A stretch of 64,000 bases of DNA. Source: Gracilinanus agilis (lineage: Eukaryota). The stretch spans positions 88,926,432-88,990,431 of the forward strand of contig NC_058132.1 in assembly GCF_016433145.1 (NCBI RefSeq). The letters are read 5' to 3'. Positions 1 to 11,745 of the stretch are shown piece after piece. Every line of letters starts with the position of its first letter. The first letter of the stretch is position 1. The position numbers were made by a program, and so were the translations under genes. A model generated the notes under the pieces. That model was not told where the DNA came from. It did no database searches and saw only the letters and a list, made by a program, of their open reading frames with translations.

Positions 1-970
1 TAAATGGGCAAGAGACATGAATAGGCAATTTTCAGGTAAAGAAATCAAAAGTATCAATAAGCACATGAGAAAGTGTTCCAAATCTCTAATAATTAGAGAA
101 ATGCAAATCAAAACAACTCTGAGGTATCACCTCACACCTAGCAGATTGGCTAAAATGAAAGAAGGGGAGAGTAATGAATGTTGGAGGGGATGTGGCAAAA
201 TTGGGACATTAATGCATTGCTGGTGGAGCTGTGAACTGATCCAGCCATTCTGGCTGGCAATTTGGAATCATGCTGAAAGGGCTATAAAAGACTGCCTGCC
301 CTTTGATCCAGCCATAGCATTGCTGGGTTTGTACCCCAAAGAGATCATGGATAAACAGACTTGTACGAAAATATTCATAGCTGTGCTTTTTGTGGTGGCA
401 ACAAATTGGAAAAGGAGGGTATGTCCTTCAATTGGGGAATGGCTGAACAAACTGTGGTATATGCGGGTGATGGAATACTATTGTGCTAAAAGGAATAATA
501 AACTGGAGAAGTTCCAGGCAAACTGGAGAGACCTCCGGGAACAGATGCAGAGCGAAAGGAGCAGAGCCAGAAGAACCCTATACACAGAGACTGACATTCT
601 GTGGTAAAATCGAATGTAATGGACCTCTGTACCAGCAGCAATACAATGACCCAGGACAGTTCTGAGGGATTTATGGTAAAGATGCTACCCACATTCAGAG
701 GAAGGACTGCAGGAGAGGAAACATATAAGAAAAACAACTGCTTGAACGCATGGGTCGGGGTGGACATGATTGGGGGTGTGGACTCGAAACTACCACACCA
801 ATGCAACTACCAATAATTTGGAAATTGGTCTTGATCAAGGACACATGACAAAACTAGTGGAAATGCGCATCGGCCATGGGTAAGGGGGGTGCGGGGGGGG
901 GTTGAAGGGGAAAGGAGGAGCATGAATCATGTAACCATGTTAAAAATGAATATTAATAAATGTTAAAAAA
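1..970 (+). mobile_element. L1 (LINE-1) 3' end: ORF2 C-terminus, 3' UTR and A-tail
   Basis: ORF 17-607 encodes the L1 ORF2p C-terminal Cys-rich domain ([36 protein letters not shown]). It is followed by a G-rich 3' UTR, attaataaa and an A-run at about 961-971. Confidence 0.93.
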
Positions 971-2094
971 AGTTTTTGTACAAACAAAAACAATGCAACT
1001 AAAATCAGAAGGAAAACAACAAACTGGGAAAAAATCTTTATAACAAAAAAATCTGACAGAGGTCTAATTACTCAAATATACAAGGAGCTAAATCAATTGT
1101 AGAAAAATCAAGCCATTCCCCAATTGATAAATGGGCAAGGCACATGAATAGGCAATTATCAGAAAAATAAATCAAAAATATCAATAAGCACATGAGAAAG
1201 TGTTCTAAATCTCTAATAATTAGAGAAATGCAAATCAAAACAACTCTGAGGTATCACCTCACACCTAAAAGATTGGCTAAAATGAGAGCAGGGGAGAGTA
1301 ATGAATGTTGGAGGCAATGTGGCAAAATTGGGATGTTAATGCACTGCTGGTGGAGTTGTGAACTGATCTAACCATTCTGGATGGCAATTTGGTTCTATGC
1401 CCAAACATTGCTAAAAGATTGCCTGCCCTTTCATTCAGCCATACCATTGATGGGATTGTACCCCAAAGTGATCATAGATAAATAGACTTGCACAAAAATA
1501 TTTATAGTTGTGCTCTTTGTGGTAGCAAAAAACTTTGAAGCAAGGGTATGCCCTTCAATTGGGGAATGAATTAACAAATTGTGGTATATGTTGGTGATGG
1601 AATACTATTGTGCTCAAAGGAATAATAACCTGGAGGAATTCCATGTGAACTGGAAAGACTTCCAGGAATTGATGCAGAGTGAAAGGAGTAGAGCCAGAAG
1701 AACATTGTACACAGAGACTGATACACTGTGGTAAAATTGAAAGTAATGGACATCTATACTAGCAGCAATGCAATGACCCAAGACAGTTCTGAGGGATTTA
1801 TGGAAAATAATACTACCCACATTCAGAGGAAGAACTACAAGAGCAGAAACACAGAAGAAAAACAACTACTTGAACACATGGGTTGATGAGGACATGATTG
1901 GGGATGTAGACTGAAAAAGACCACACCCATGTAACTATCAATAATGTGTAAATAAGTCTTGACTGACAACACATGTTCAAACCAGTGGAAATGCTAGTTT
2001 ACTACTGGGGGGGAGGGGTTGAGTGGGTGAATGGTAAAGTTAAATGAATTATTTAAACATGGAAAAGTTTTCTAAAATAAAAAATAAAAAAAAG
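971..2094 (+). mobile_element. 5'-truncated L1 3' end, head-to-tail with the previous copy
   Basis: Second diverged copy of the same ORF2 C-terminus and 3' UTR, with stops. It ends in aataaaaaataaaaaaaa at about 2076-2094. Confidence 0.92.
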
Positions 2095-2109
2095 AAAGTG
2101 TGGGCATCC

Positions 2110-5100
2110 AACAAGATAGGTTTTCCAAGTATTTGTAAAGAAGAGACCAGAACTAAGCAGAAAGTTTGATATCAAAATATAAAAATCAAGAGAAACATGG
2201 AAAGGTAAATATGAAAGAGAGGGGAAAGAAAAATATTTAAAGTTTCTTCTTTAAGGGCTTCAATAAGATCAAATTACTTATATTCTTATATGGAAAAATG
2301 TTATTTGTAACTGTCAAAAATTGTATTCACTATTATACTAATTAAAAGAACTATACATAGGGAAAGGTTGGAGTACCAAGTGGTCTAAGATGATATGCAA
2401 AAAACAAAAGAGGCAGGGGAATAAAAGATGGCACCAAGAGAAACTTGAAAGAATAAGAAAAATACGATAATCTATACCACACAAAAAGGCATATTGGAAG
2501 GGGTAGGGAAGAATACTATTATAAAAAGGAGAGGAAGAGAGGTTTAAAAGGTAATACTTAAACCATACTCTCAGTGAAATCAATTCTGAGAGGGAAGAGA
2601 AGCTAGATCCATTAGGGTACTGAATTCTATCTTACCCTACAGTGAAAGTCAGAAGGGAAAAACCAAGGAGGAGGGATGGGGCAGGGAGTACATAAAGGGA
2701 GGAAAAGAGAGGGGGGAAGGAATTTAATAGACCCTATAGAAAATAATAAGAAGGGAACAAAAAGTGAGGGTGTGGAAAAATAGTAAAATAAGGGTGGGAA
2801 TTAGGGGGACTGATTAAAAGCATACCACTGGTTTAAAATGAAATAGTGAAAGAAGAAAAGGAAGAATTAGGAGAGGATTTCAAAATGTTGGGGAATACAC
2901 AGATGACAATCATAACTCTGAATGTGAATGGGATGAATTCACCCATAAAATGGAAGCAAATAGCGGAGTGGATTAGAAACCAATGTGTCTTGTGTCTACA
3001 AGAAACACACATGAGGCAGGTAGACATACACAGTATAAAGGTAAATGGATGGAATAAAAATATATTGGGCTTCAACTGAGAAAAAGAAGGCAGAAGTTGT
3101 AATCATAACTGACAAAGCCAAAGTAAAAATAGATCTGATCTGGGGCAGCTGGGTAGCTCAGTGGATTGAGAGCCAGGCCTAGAGACTGGAGGTCCTAGGT
3201 TCAAATCCGGCCTCAGACACTTCCCAGCTGTGTGACCCTGGGCAAGTCACTTGACCCCCATTGCCTACCCTTGCCAATCTTCCACCTATAAGTCAATACA
3301 CAGAAGTTAAGGGTTTAAAATTAAAAAAAATCTATAAAAATAGATCTGATCAAAAGAGATAGAGAAGGTAATTACATCCTAATAAAAGGCAGTATAGTCA
3401 ATGAGGAAATATCAGTACTTAACATGTATGTGCCAGATGTATAGTATTCAAATTTCTAAAGAAGAAACTGGCAGAACTTGAGGAGGAAATAGTAAAACTA
3501 TACTAGTGGGGGACTTGAAACTCCCTCTATCAGATCTAGATAAATCAAACTAAATGATAAATGAGAGAGTTAATAGATATGTGGAGAAAAATGAATAAGG
3601 ACAAAAAGGAATACACTTTCTTTTCAGCAGCAAATGGTACATTCTGAAAGACTGACCATGCATTAGGGCATAGAAACATGGCGAAAAAAACCTGCAAAAG
3701 AGTAGAAAAAATAAATGTAACCTTTTCAGACCATAATGCAATAAAAATAATAATTACTAAGGGTATGTGGATAGGCAAATCAAAAATCAATTGAAAATTA
3801 ATTAATATGATTCTCCAAAATCAGTTAGTTAAAGAACAAATCAAAGAAATGATTAATAATTTCACTGAAGAAAATGAAAAAGATGAGACATCCTACTAAA
3901 ATCTGTGGGACCCAGCAAAAGCAATACTAGTGGAAATTTATATCTTTGAGTGCATATGTTAAAAAATTAGGAGGGCAGAAGACAATCAATTTGCCATGCA
4001 AATTAAAAAAAAACAACTAGAAAGTAAACAAATTAAAAATCCCCAGATGAAAACTAAATAAGAAATACTAAAAATTAAAAGAAAAATTAATAAAATTGAA
4101 AATAAAAGAACTATTGAATTAATATATAAGACTAGAAGCTGATACTTTGAAAAAACAAATAAAATAGACAAAGTACTGGTCAATCTAATAAAAAAAGAAA
4201 AGAAGAAAACCAAATTAACAGTATCAAAGATGAAAAGGAAGACCTCACCTCTAATGAAGAAGAAATTAAAGCAATCATTAAAAACTACTTTGCTCAATTA
4301 TATTGCAATAAATATAGCAATCTATGTGATATGTATGAATACTTATAAAAATATAAATCAACTAGATTAACAGTAGAAGAAATAGAATACTTGAATAATC
4401 TCATATGAGAAAAAGAAATTGAACAAACCATTAAAGAACTCCCTAAGAAAAAACCCTCAGGACTAGATGGATTCAAAAGTGAATTCTATCAAACATTCGA
4501 AGAAGAAATAATCCCAATATTATTCAAACTATTTGACATAAGAAGCAAAGAAGGAGCTCTACCAAATTCCTTTTATGACACAAATATGGTACTGATCCCA
4601 AACCCAGGTAGATCAAAAACAGAGATAGAAAACTACAGACCAATCATCTTAATGAACATAGATGCAAAAATCATAAATAGAATACTAGCAAAAAGACTCC
4701 AGCAAGTGATCACGAGAGTTATTCATTATGATGAAGTGGAATTTACATCAGGAATGCAAGGATGGTTCATCATTAGGAAAATCATTCTCATAATTGACTG
4801 TATCAAAAAGCAAAGCAACAAAAATCATATGATTATATCAATAGATGCTGAAAAAGCCTTTGACCAAATACAACACCGATTCCTACTGAAAACACTAGAA
4901 AGTATAGGAATAGGAGGGCCTTTCCTAAAAACAATAAATTGTATATATCTAAAACCATCAACAAACATCATCCTCAATGGGGATAAATTAGAAGCATTCT
5001 CAATAAGATGAGTAGTGAAAAAAGGATGCCTATCATCACCTTTATTATTTAACATTGTACTAGAAACTCTAGAATAGCAATTAGAGAAGAAAAAGAAATT

Positions 5101-6010
5101 GAATGTATTAAAATAGGCAATGAGGAGTCCAAGCTCCCACTCTTTGCAGATGATATGATGGTCTACTTAAAACACCCTAGAGAATCAACCAAAAAACTAG
5201 TACAAATATTCAACATCTTTAGCAAATTTGCAGGATACAAAATAAATGCACATAAATCATCAGCATTTCTATATATTTCCAACACATTTCAGCAGCAAGA
5301 GTTAGAGAGAGAAATTCCATTTAAAATCACCCTGTACAATATAAAATATTTAGGAATCTATCTGCCAAGACAAACACAGGAATTATATGAACACCATGAC
5401 AAACCATTTACCACACAATTAAAGCTAGATCTAAACAATTGGAAAAGCATTGATTGCTCATGGGTAGGACGAGCTAACATAATAAAAATGACCATCCTAC
5501 CTAAATTAATTTACTTATTTAGTGGCATACCTATCAAACTATCAAAAAACTTTTTCACTGAATTCGAAAAAAAAATATAACAAAGTTCATCTGGAAGACA
5601 AAAGATCAAGAATATCACGGGAATTAATGAAAAAAATGTGAAGGAAGGTGGTCTAGCAGTACCAGATATTAAACTGTACTATAAAGCAGTAGTCATCAAA
5701 ACAATATGGTACTGGTGAAGAGAGAGAGGTGAGGATCAGTGGAATAGACTTGGGGTAAGTAACCTCAGCAAGACAGTATATGAAAAACCCAAAGAGCCCG
5801 GTTTTTGGATAAAAACCCACTATTTGACAAAAACTGTTGGGAAAATTGGAAAACCATATGGGATAGTTAGGTTTAGATCAACATCTCACACCCTACACCA
5901 AGCTAAATTCAGAATGTGTGAATGACTTCAATATAAAGAAGGAGACTATAAGTAAATTAGGTTAGCACGGAATAGTTTACTTGTCAGATCTTTGGGAAAG
6001 GAAGCATTTT
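2110..6010 (+). mobile_element. L1 body (end of ORF1, spacer, ORF2 endonuclease and RT), degraded
   Basis: Endonuclease start MTIITLNVNGMNSPIK at about 2900. RT fragments at 4586-5011 ([12 protein letters not shown]) and 5155-5580. Many stops and frameshifts. It continues at 7528 after an insertion. Confidence 0.93.
3141..3334 (+). mobile_element. Young marsupial tRNA-derived SINE (SINE1_Mdo-like) inserted in the L1 endonuclease region
   Basis: Head ggggcagctgggtagctcagtgg, B-box-like ggttcaaatcc and an A tail. Perfect 17-bp TSD taaaaatagatctgatc at 3124-3140 and 3335-3351. Confidence 0.95.
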
Positions 6011-6194
6011 ATTTTTTAAATTTTTTATTAATATATATTAGACAAATTTTAATATTGCTTATTATAATTATTTTACAATTATAATTGCAATTATTTTAAA
6101 TGATTTATTATACTGTTGTTGGTTTTTCTTGATCAGTATCAACTAGCAAGTATTATATTTTTTGTTCAGCATTTTTAGTCAAGTCTGACACTTT

Positions 6195-6415
6195 GTGACC
6201 CCATTTGCAGTTTCATTGGCAGATAATGGAGTGGTTTGCTATTTTCTTCCAAGGCTCATTTTGGAGATGAGGAAACCCAAGGCAAACAGGGTGAAGTGTC
6301 TTCTTCAGGGTCACATATCTAGGAAGTGTCTCCTTCTGGATCTGAACTCAAGAAGATATCTTCCTGACTTCCTAACTAGGCCCAGTATAATATCCATTGT
6401 GCTACATAGCTGCCC
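6195..6415 (-). mobile_element. CORE/MIR-type marsupial SINE (MAR1-like)
   Basis: Reverse-strand MIR core (cattttggagatgaggaaac...cagggtcacat) with an RTE-like tail. Confidence 0.65.
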
Positions 6416-6457
6416 AGTCTTAGATCAGTATTAACAAATAAAAAAAATTAAATAAGG

Positions 6458-6633
6458 GGCAGCTGGGTAGCTCAGTGAAGTGAGTGTCAGGCCTAGAGAC
6501 AGGAGGTCCTAGGTTCAAACCCAGCCTCAGCCACTTCCCAGCTGTGTGACCCTGGGCAAGTCACTTGACCCCCATTGCCCACCCTTACCATTCTTCCACC
6601 TATGAGACAATACACCGAAAGTACAAGGGTTTA
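6458..6633 (+). mobile_element. Young SINE1_Mdo-like SINE
   Basis: Same head and body as the copy at 3141. 17-bp TSD aaaaaaattaaataagg at 6441-6457 and 6634-6650. Confidence 0.95.
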
Positions 6634-6819
6634 AAAAAAATTAAATAAGGATAAACTTGATTGACTTAACTAAATAGCAATGACCTACTTTGAATAAATT
6701 AATTTAGTTCAGGTGAATCAGCCAGGCCAGGGTACATGAAAGAGAATAAGGTATAATTTTGATCAATCTCATAAAGTGAGTGCTTTTTTTCAGAGATTCT
6801 GTACTCTTCAGTCTCTCCC

Positions 6820-7265
6820 TGTCTCCTAGTGCAGGTTTCCCTTCCTAAAAACCCTGACTTGACCCTTCAAGCTATCCTCCTCCATTTCTTCTTCCTTTTG
6901 GAGTCAAACTCTTAGAAGATACTGCTTTCAATTCTTCTACATTGTTCAGCCATGACTGATTCTTTATGACCCCTTGGGTTTTATGAACAAAGATACAGGG
7001 GTGTCCGGGTGGTTGGCCATTTCCTTCTCTAGTGGCAGAGTGATTTACCCATTGTCACACAGCTAGGAAGGTTCTGAGGCTAGATTTGAATTCAGACCTT
7101 CTGATTCTAAGCCTAGTGCTTTTCCACAGAGCCACCCACTTCTGTACACACTCCCTTCTCAACCTTATTTGCTCTTTTCAAAGTTACAAGCAATCTCACA
7201 GGTAGCCAGTTGGGTTGACCTTTTCTTGAGCTTTATTCTTCTGGACCTCTGCAAAATGTTGCTGG
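6820..7265 (+). mobile_element. Ancient L2 RT-region fragment, interrupted by a CORE SINE (about 6940-7140, -)
   Basis: Similarity by eye to the L2 consensus as I recall it (aaaaaccctgacttgaccc...caaactcttagaag; gctcttttcaaagttac...cttctggacctctgc). Confidence 0.55.
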
Positions 7266-7527
7266 CTGATGGCTCTGTTCTTCTGAATACTTTTGTCTGG
7301 GTTTCTTGACTGATTTCTCTTGTTTCTGGCTTACTGATTGTTCCTGTTAACATGAAAAAAAAACAACCAAAAGATTATTAAATATTTAGAAATCTTTAAT
7401 CAAGGAAAGGCGTTACAGGGCTGAGTTAGGCCTCTACATCATGCAGAGCCCAAGGATTGAACTCTGGATCCTCTGGTCCCTGACCCCTGGGAGACCCAAC
7501 TGCACTAGATGGACAACTCCCAGGGAT

Positions 7528-8743
7528 GGAAAGATTTTAAAACCAAGCAAAAGTTAGAAAAAATTCAAAATATAAAACAAATAATTTCAATTACATTAAA
7601 TTAAAAGGTTTATTTATAAAGAAAACCAATGCAACCAAAATTAGAAGGGAAGCAACAAATTGGGAAAAAATTTATAACAAAACACCCTGACAAAGTTCTA
7701 ATTAGTCAAATATATAAGGAGCTAAATCAATTGTACAAAACAAACCATTCCCCAATTGATAAATGGGCAAAGGACGTGAATAGAAAATTTTTAGATAAAG
7801 AAATCAAAGCTATCAACAAACACATGAAAAGTATTCTAAATCTCTTATAATTAGAGAATTACAAATCAAAACAACTCTTAGGCACCACCTCATATCTAGC
7901 AGATTAGCTAAAAATACAGCAAAGGGAAGTGGTGAATGTTGGAGGGAATGTGGCAAAATTGGGACATTGATGCATTGCTGGTGGAATTGTTAATTGATCC
8001 AAATATTCTGGATGGCAATTTGGAACTATGCTTAAAGGTCTATAAAAGACTGTCTGCCCTTTGATCCAGCCATACCACTTCTCGGTTTATACCCCAAAGA
8101 GATCATAAGGAAAAAGACTTGTACAAAAATATTTATAGCCATGCTCTTTGTGGTAGCAAAAAATTGGAAAATGAGGGAATGCCCTTCAATTGAAGAATGG
8201 CTGACCAAATTGTGGTATCTGTTGGTGGTGGAACACTATTGTACTCAAAGGAATAATAAACTGGAGGAATTCCATGTGAACTGGAATGACCTCCAGGAAA
8301 TGATGCAGAGTGAAAGGAGCAGAACCAGGAGAATGTTGTACACAGAAACTGATACATTTTGGTACAATTGAACATAATGGACTTTTCTACTAGCAGCAAT
8401 GCAAGGATACAGAACAATGCTGAAGAACTTATGAGAAAAAACACTATCCCCATTAAAAGGAAGAACTGTGGGATTAGAAACACAGAAGAAAAATAACTGC
8501 TTGAACACATGAGTTGCTGGGTATATTATTGGGGATGTAGATGCTAAAGGATCACCCTTGTGCAACTATAAATAATATGGAAATAGATGGACAATGATAC
8601 ATATTGATCAATGATACATATAAAACTCAGTGGAATTGTGTGTTGGCTAAAGGAGAGGAGGGGTGTGGGGGAGAGGGAAAGAATGTGAATCATAAAACCA
8701 TGGGATAATATTCTAAATAAAAAAATAAATAAAAATAAAAAAA
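7528..8743 (+). mobile_element. 3' part of the L1 that begins at 2110
   Basis: Resumes at the base where L1 homology stopped at 6010. Contains ORF2 C-terminal fragments (7629-7850, 8141-8371), 3' UTR and an A-rich tail at about 8715-8743. Confidence 0.9.
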
Positions 8744-8923
8744 TATTTTCCCTTGCATTTTAGAATTAATCCACATATTGATTCCAAGGCAAAAGAGTGG
8801 TATGAGGTAGACAATGGGGCTTAAATTACTTGCCTAGGGCTACATAGCCAGGAAATGTCTGAGGTCCACTTAGAACCCAGGACCTCCTATCTGGCTCCTA
8901 TCCACTGAGCCATCTGGCTGCCC
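8744..8923 (-). mobile_element. SINE1_Mdo-like SINE, older and inverted
   Basis: Reverse complement of the SINE head (tccactgagccatctggctgccc) and body. Confidence 0.85.
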
Positions 8924-8924
8924 A

Positions 8925-10110
8925 CATTTAATAATTCTGCAATTTTTATCTCAAAGAGCTATTTTCCACTTAAGTTGCTTTTCCAATGAATTATTTTATA
9001 TTTTCTTCTATTTTTTCATTCTTTCCAATGAGTTTTATTATTTTTGTGTTGTACAATGTAAGTAGCTTCCACTTGCTCAATTTTAATTTTTGATAAATTA
9101 TTTTCTTAAGTGAGATTTTGTAACACCTATTCCATTTGTTCTTTTCATTAGTGAATTTTTGTGCTTCTTCTACCATAAAGCCAATTTGGATTTTAAAGTT
9201 TTTTTTTTTTCTTCAGATTTTTTTTGGTGTCTTTTACCAAGTTTTTAATTCTCTTTTAAAAATTTTTATCACTCTCATTTCTTTTCCCAATTTTTCTTCT
9301 ACCACTTATGTCTTTTTATGTCATCCAGGAATTCTTATTGTTTTTTTGTCCAATTAGGATTTTTTTGAAGTTTTGACTATGACTATTTTCATGACATTTT
9401 CTTCTGCATCTCATTCTTTCTTGCGACTCAAGTAGTTTTTTGCTCAAGTTCTTTTTTTTTATCATCATTTGCTTATTTTATGTCTACATTTTTTTTAATT
9501 TTTAAACTTTATATTAAATTGGACTCTACTTACCTAAGATTCAGGATTTTTCATGCTGCTATTTTCTGAGCTAATTTGGGGGGATGCAAGTTTTTAGGGC
9601 TTCCAAAGTCTTGTGATGCAGGGAAAAGTAGGTCAGTACTTTCTTTATTCTGGGCTGCAACCTTGAGCACTTTCACTTCTCTTGGCCATGGCACTGTGAC
9701 CAAGGTATTCTGCTCTTTTGCAGTCACAAGGGCCAGTGCTCGTCTTTACCGTGGAACTATGACTAAGGATCTTTCTTTCATATAACCACACAAGACTTGC
9801 CATCCTAGATCTGCAACCAAGAGCTGCATATGGTCAATAGAGTTGCCAATCAGGGCTAATTGAACCCAGTGTCTGCAAAAGAATCCATTTAATTTTTTTC
9901 TGACACATTTAGCATCTCTCCGGTGTGATATTCTGAAGCTATCATTTCTGTCACATGAACTTGAGGCAAATACCCACCTTGGTGTCACAGCCCATTTCTA
10001 TAGACTTCTTGAGCTATTTTAACCTGGAAAAAATGTCTCAACCTGAACTTTTGTAGTCTGTGGTTCTTCAAAATTTGAATTTAGACATTATTTTAAAAAG
10101 TTGTTTGGAC
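8925..10110 (-). mobile_element. Old L1 5'/ORF1-region fragment
   Basis: T-rich plus strand resembling the antisense of a marsupial L1 ORF1 region. No intact ORF. Confidence 0.5.
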
Positions 10111-10425
10111 AGAAATGTTGGGGGATTATAATTGGGTTCCTGCCTCTCCAACCCTCTAATATGTTGTTTGAAAAATGATCTATATAGAATATACATAGTC
10201 TTGAATTATTTTTCTATAATTTCCCATTGATACCCATTAGACTAATTTTGCCTCTTTGTATTAATTCCTTTTCTTTAACAGCTATTTTTTGAGCCTTTGA
10301 GTATAGACATTTGAGGACATAGAGTTTACTACTGTGCCTTATCTTAGATTTTGTCTCCTTTAAACTTCAAAATGTTTCAAGTATTTTTCTTCTTTAATTA
10401 AATCTGTCCTCTATGATAACATGGG

Positions 10426-10429
<4 letters not shown>

Positions 10430-10477
<48 letters not shown>

Positions 10478-10483
10478 AGAGAG
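10430..10483. repeat. (AC)n-(AG)n microsatellite
   Basis: Direct read: about 22 AC units followed by a short AG run. Confidence 0.97.
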
Positions 10484-11059
10484 TTAAATCTACTGGTAAA
10501 TCTAACTGGTAAATCTAACCAGCATTTGTTAAGTATACACCCTATTTAGCCAAGAATCTGTCTTACTTTTCCTTCAATCAAGGCCTGCAAATCAAAATCC
10601 TATCATAAAATTTTAACAACTCTTTACTCTTCTCACAGTTTTATTTTTATTTTGTATCCCTTATCTCCAGAAAGAAATTGCAGAATAAAAATGAACAAAA
10701 GACTTCTGCTGTCCATATGGTATTTAGTATCTTGTCTAAATCTTCATAATGATTGAAAACATTTTAAAGTTCATTATGTTAGTATCATTTAAGTCTAATC
10801 AGAAGTGAATAGGTATTTTCTATTTTGATAATTCTTAGGAGGCTCTCAGTGAAATTTTTAACTCAGTTTAACAAATTCAATTTATTGGATTACTATTCAA
10901 TTAGATAAATGGTAAAAGACATTTATTGAGTGCTTATTATCTGCAAAGCATGGGATTATGTGGTGTTTTGAGACAGAATTTTGATTGGATAAGCTATTTT
11001 GTTGAATAAAGATTGCATTCTATAAGAAGGATAATATACACAGGTAATAATATTTTATT

Positions 11060-11745
11060 GTAAAATTTTCTTTTTTCCTTTTTCTTTTTTACTAATTACA
11101 TGTAATCACGAATTTCCACATAAGTTTTCCAAAGATATAAGATTAAACGTATCTTCCTCCCTCTTTTCCCTTTCCCTTCCCAGTACTGGCAGGTGATTTG
11201 GGTTATACATGTACTATCCTGAAAAATATACTTCAAAATCCTATTATAAAATCATATTTTTATTTTTGTAAGTGAATACTTGAATAAAACCCAAATCTCC
11301 AAACCTTAACCTAAATAAACAAGTGAAAAATCATACACATTAATTTACATTCTGATGCCAACAGTTCTTTCTCTGTAGTTAGCATTCTTTGTCATAAGTC
11401 CCTCATAATTGTCTGGGATTATTGTTCTACTGATATTAGCTAAGTCTATCACAGTTGATCATTCCACAATAATGCTGTTACTGTGTACAATGTCTTCCTG
11501 GTTCTGCTTGCTTCATTCTGCATTAGTTCATGAAGATCTTTCCAGTTCTTTTTGAAGTCATCATATTCATCATTCCTTAGAGCACAATCTTACACCACAA
11601 TTTGTTCCACCGCCCCCATATCAATGGACATACCTTTAATTTCCAATTCTTTGCCACTACAAAAGAGCACCTATAAATATTTTTGCACAAGTAGGTCTTC
11701 CCCACCCTTTTATCTCTTTGGGATACAGACCTAGTAGTGGTAATT
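11060..11745 (-). mobile_element. Old L1 3' end
   Basis: Antisense of the L1 3' UTR/ORF2 end (ttgccactacaaaagagcacctataaatattttt; ctctttgggatacagacctag). Confidence 0.75.

Larger units (their letters stand above)
6011..7527 (-). other. 1.5 kb non-L1 insertion interrupting the L1
   Basis: L1 sequence stops at ggaagcatttt (6000-6010) and resumes at ggaaagattttaaaacc (7528 onward). The uninterrupted junction is visible in the L1 at about 52010-52040. The left end of the insert is T-rich. Confidence 0.75.

Noticed and set aside
3141-3220. tRNA-like sequence with A/B boxes as a tRNA gene
   Set aside because: It is the head of a SINE with an A-tail and TSD, repeated many times in the window.
10486-10523. 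Short ~13-bp tandem repeat (aaatctaactggt) as a CRISPR-like or other array
   Set aside because: Only about three degenerate units with no spacers, in a eukaryotic context: ordinary slippage next to a microsatellite.
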